Assembly (NCBI GenBank): GCA_017934955.1
Contig: JAGBIO010000012.1
Location: 12,691 to 44,690, forward strand
Source: Clostridia bacterium
GTDB lineage: Bacteria > Bacillota > Clostridia > TANB77 > RGIG9151
Direction of reading: 5' to 3'
Length of the DNA stretch: 32,000 nt
Shown here: positions 30,482 through 32,000 of the stretch, in pieces
Numbering within the stretch: position 1 is the stretch's first letter
How the letters are laid out: every line of letters begins with the position of its first letter
Program-made: the position numbers and the translations under genes
Notes under the pieces: generated by a model
Seen by the model: only the letters and a program-made list of their open reading frames with translations
Databases searched by the model: none
What the model was told of the DNA's origin: nothing

Positions 30482-32000
30482 ATGGAACAGATTTTACTCA
30501 ATGCTTTTATTCTGTTACTTCTTTTTGGTAACATCAATTTATCGATGTTGTTTTATTTGCATATGTTTCAGTTAAATTCTTATCAATTTTTATCGCATCT
30601 GCATTGGATAAAAAGCAAATGGTTAAAAGATATCGTATTCCGAAATATTTGGTTGGTTATTCCGGTTGTTATCAGTTTTTCGCAGAATGCGGTTTTATTA
30701 ATTACCGGTATTTTGATAAGTTGTTTGATTATGGTTCGGGTAAATCGCAAGCGTGAATATAAAAAGCCGTTAAAATATACGAAACGGTTGACACGACTCC
30801 TTATTACAACGGGAATTTTGAATCTTCTTTTTGCGCTGATAACGATTCGCTTTTTCGCTTTTATGCAAGCGGTGATTGCTTTAAGCATTTGGACATTTCT
30901 GCTTCCGTTTATCATTTATTTGGCAAACCTAATCAATCAGCCGATGGAATTGGCGATTAATCAATCCTATATCAATCGTGCAAAACGCAAATTAGCAGAA
31001 ATGAAAAATTTAAAAATTATCGGAATTACCGGCAGTTATGGAAAAACAAGCACGAAGTATTTTTTAAATAAGTTGCTTTCGGTAAAATATAATGTGGTAA
31101 TGACTCCGGGAAACTTTAATACGACCTTGGGAGTTGTGAAAACGGTATTGGAACATATCAACGCAACCCATGAAATCTTTTTATGTGAAATGGGAGCACG
31201 ACACGTAAAAGATATTAAGAAAATTTGTGATGTGGTACATCCGCAATATGGAATTATTTCTTCTATCGGACCGCAACATTTAGAAACCTTTTTTAATATG
31301 GAGAATATTATTAATACGAAATTTGAATTAGCCGATGCACTGCCGGAAGAGGGAAAAATCTTCTTAAATTACGATAATCAATACATTCAAAATCATGCGA
31401 CAAAGAAGAAAAAAATAAAGTATGGTTGTCAGGCGAAAGAGTTGGACTATAAAGCGGAGAATATTAGAGTGACCGCAAAGGGCTCTGCTTTTACGATTCG
31501 ATTAAAAAACGGAGAAACGCAGGAATTCCGAACAAAGCTAATCGGAAAGCACAATGTGGAAAACATTGCCGGCGCGATTGCGGTTGCGCATGAATTCGGA
31601 ATTTCGTTAGAGGAATTAGTTTATCCGGTAAAAACCTTAGAAGCAGTACCCCATCGTTTACAGCTGATAAAAGGAAATACTGCAACAATTATCGACGATG
31701 CGTATAATTCCAATCCGATTGGCGCAAGGGCTGCACTGGAAACGTTAGGAAGTTTTGAAGGCACAAAGATTTTAATTACGCCGGGAATGGTGGAATTGGG
31801 CGCGAAGGAGAATGAATTAAATTACGAATTTGGCTGTGAAGCTGCGAGAGTTTGTGACTATATTGTCTTGGTAGGTTCAACACAAACGCAATATATAAAG
31901 AAAGGGATTCAAAGCGAAAATTTTGCGGAAACGAATTTGATTGTTGTAGAAAGTTTTCAGGAAGGAATGCAAAGAATTGCAGAACTACAAACGAAACAGG
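30482..32000 (+). CDS. MurF-like Mur ligase with an N-terminal polytopic membrane domain of about 165 aa (3' end beyond the window)
   Basis: Not in the ORF track because there is no stop before the window end. ATG 30482 lies 6 nt after GGAGGA. The first 165 aa or so form 4-5 hydrophobic helices. These are followed by GITGSYGKTSTK (P-loop), GNFNTTLGV, CEMGARH, SSIGPQHLE, GKHNVENIAGAIAVA and IDDAYNSNP, the motif set of UDP-MurNAc-tripeptide--D-Ala-D-Ala ligase. Confidence 0.75.
   Translation, partial: MEQILLNAFILLLLFGNINLSMLFYLHMFQLNSYQFLSHLHWIKSKWLKDIVFRNIWLVIPVVISFSQNAVLLITGILISCLIMVRVNRKREYKKPLKYTKRLTRLLITTGILNLLFALITIRFFAFMQAVIALSIWTFLLPFIIYLANLINQPMELAINQSYINRAKRKLAEMKNLKIIGITGSYGKTSTKYFLNKLLSVKYNVVMTPGNFNTTLGVVKTVLEHINATHEIFLCEMGARHVKDIKKICDVVHPQYGIISSIGPQHLETFFNMENIINTKFELADALPEEGKIFLNYDNQYIQNHATKKKKIKYGCQAKELDYKAENIRVTAKGSAFTIRLKNGETQEFRTKLIGKHNVENIAGAIAVAHEFGISLEELVYPVKTLEAVPHRLQLIKGNTATIIDDAYNSNPIGARAALETLGSFEGTKILITPGMVELGAKENELNYEFGCEAARVCDYIVLVGSTQTQYIKKGIQSENFAETNLIVVESFQEGMQRIAELQTKQ

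Overview
This is a 32-kb chromosomal segment from a low-GC, flagellated, probably spore-forming Firmicute that looks like Clostridia. The exact taxon cannot be determined from the sequence alone. All protein calls rest on motifs I recognise in the translations; no searches were run.

Gene content, left to right:
- The end of a flagellar export block: fliG (3' end), fliH, fliI, fliJ and a MotE/YlxF-like gene.
- A convergent fliW-csrA pair plus a small membrane protein.
- rpsT, glgB, a VanW lipoprotein, and an M23 peptidase paired with a very short M50 site-2 protease (SpoIVFA/FB-like arrangement).
- tsaD, a class A PBP, and two sub-60-aa genes missing from the ORF track: a DUF951 protein and a 39-aa Cys/Gly-rich membrane peptide.
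- A long leader followed by two very large secreted or surface proteins (648 and 1929 aa).
- Convergent glgP, an orphan A24 prepilin peptidase, a TIM-barrel (endonuclease IV-like) protein, an M24 Xaa-Pro peptidase, rimO, an alpha/beta hydrolase, and a MurF-like ligase with an unusual N-terminal membrane domain (runs off the window).

Two things stand out:
1. The leader of the giant-protein operon carries a strong sigmaA-type promoter, a MITE-like insertion, and a sequence with the hallmarks of a c-di-GMP-I (GEMM) riboswitch (GGCAAA, a GAAA-capped helix, GACGCAAAG, and a UAAG/UAUG tetraloop-receptor-like loop). An intrinsic terminator follows. The first protein contains an array of uncharacterised Cys2His2-like modules. 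The second is a mosaic adhesin with Bsp-like, Ig-like, PKD-like, LRR, FGE/C-lectin-like, Big_3-like and Listeria-Bacteroides repeat domains.
2. Most of the larger intergenic gaps are occupied by a GTAG-headed palindromic REP-like family, with at least 27 hairpins in 32 kb. These are organised as inverted doublets (REPIN-like), as roughly 155-bp MITE-like units with 14-bp terminal inverted repeats, and as 49-50-bp tandem arrays. There is also a doubly compensated stem variant and a second, GC-rich hairpin family nested at GTAG sites.

No transposase, RAYT, CRISPR array, tRNA or rRNA is visible in the window.
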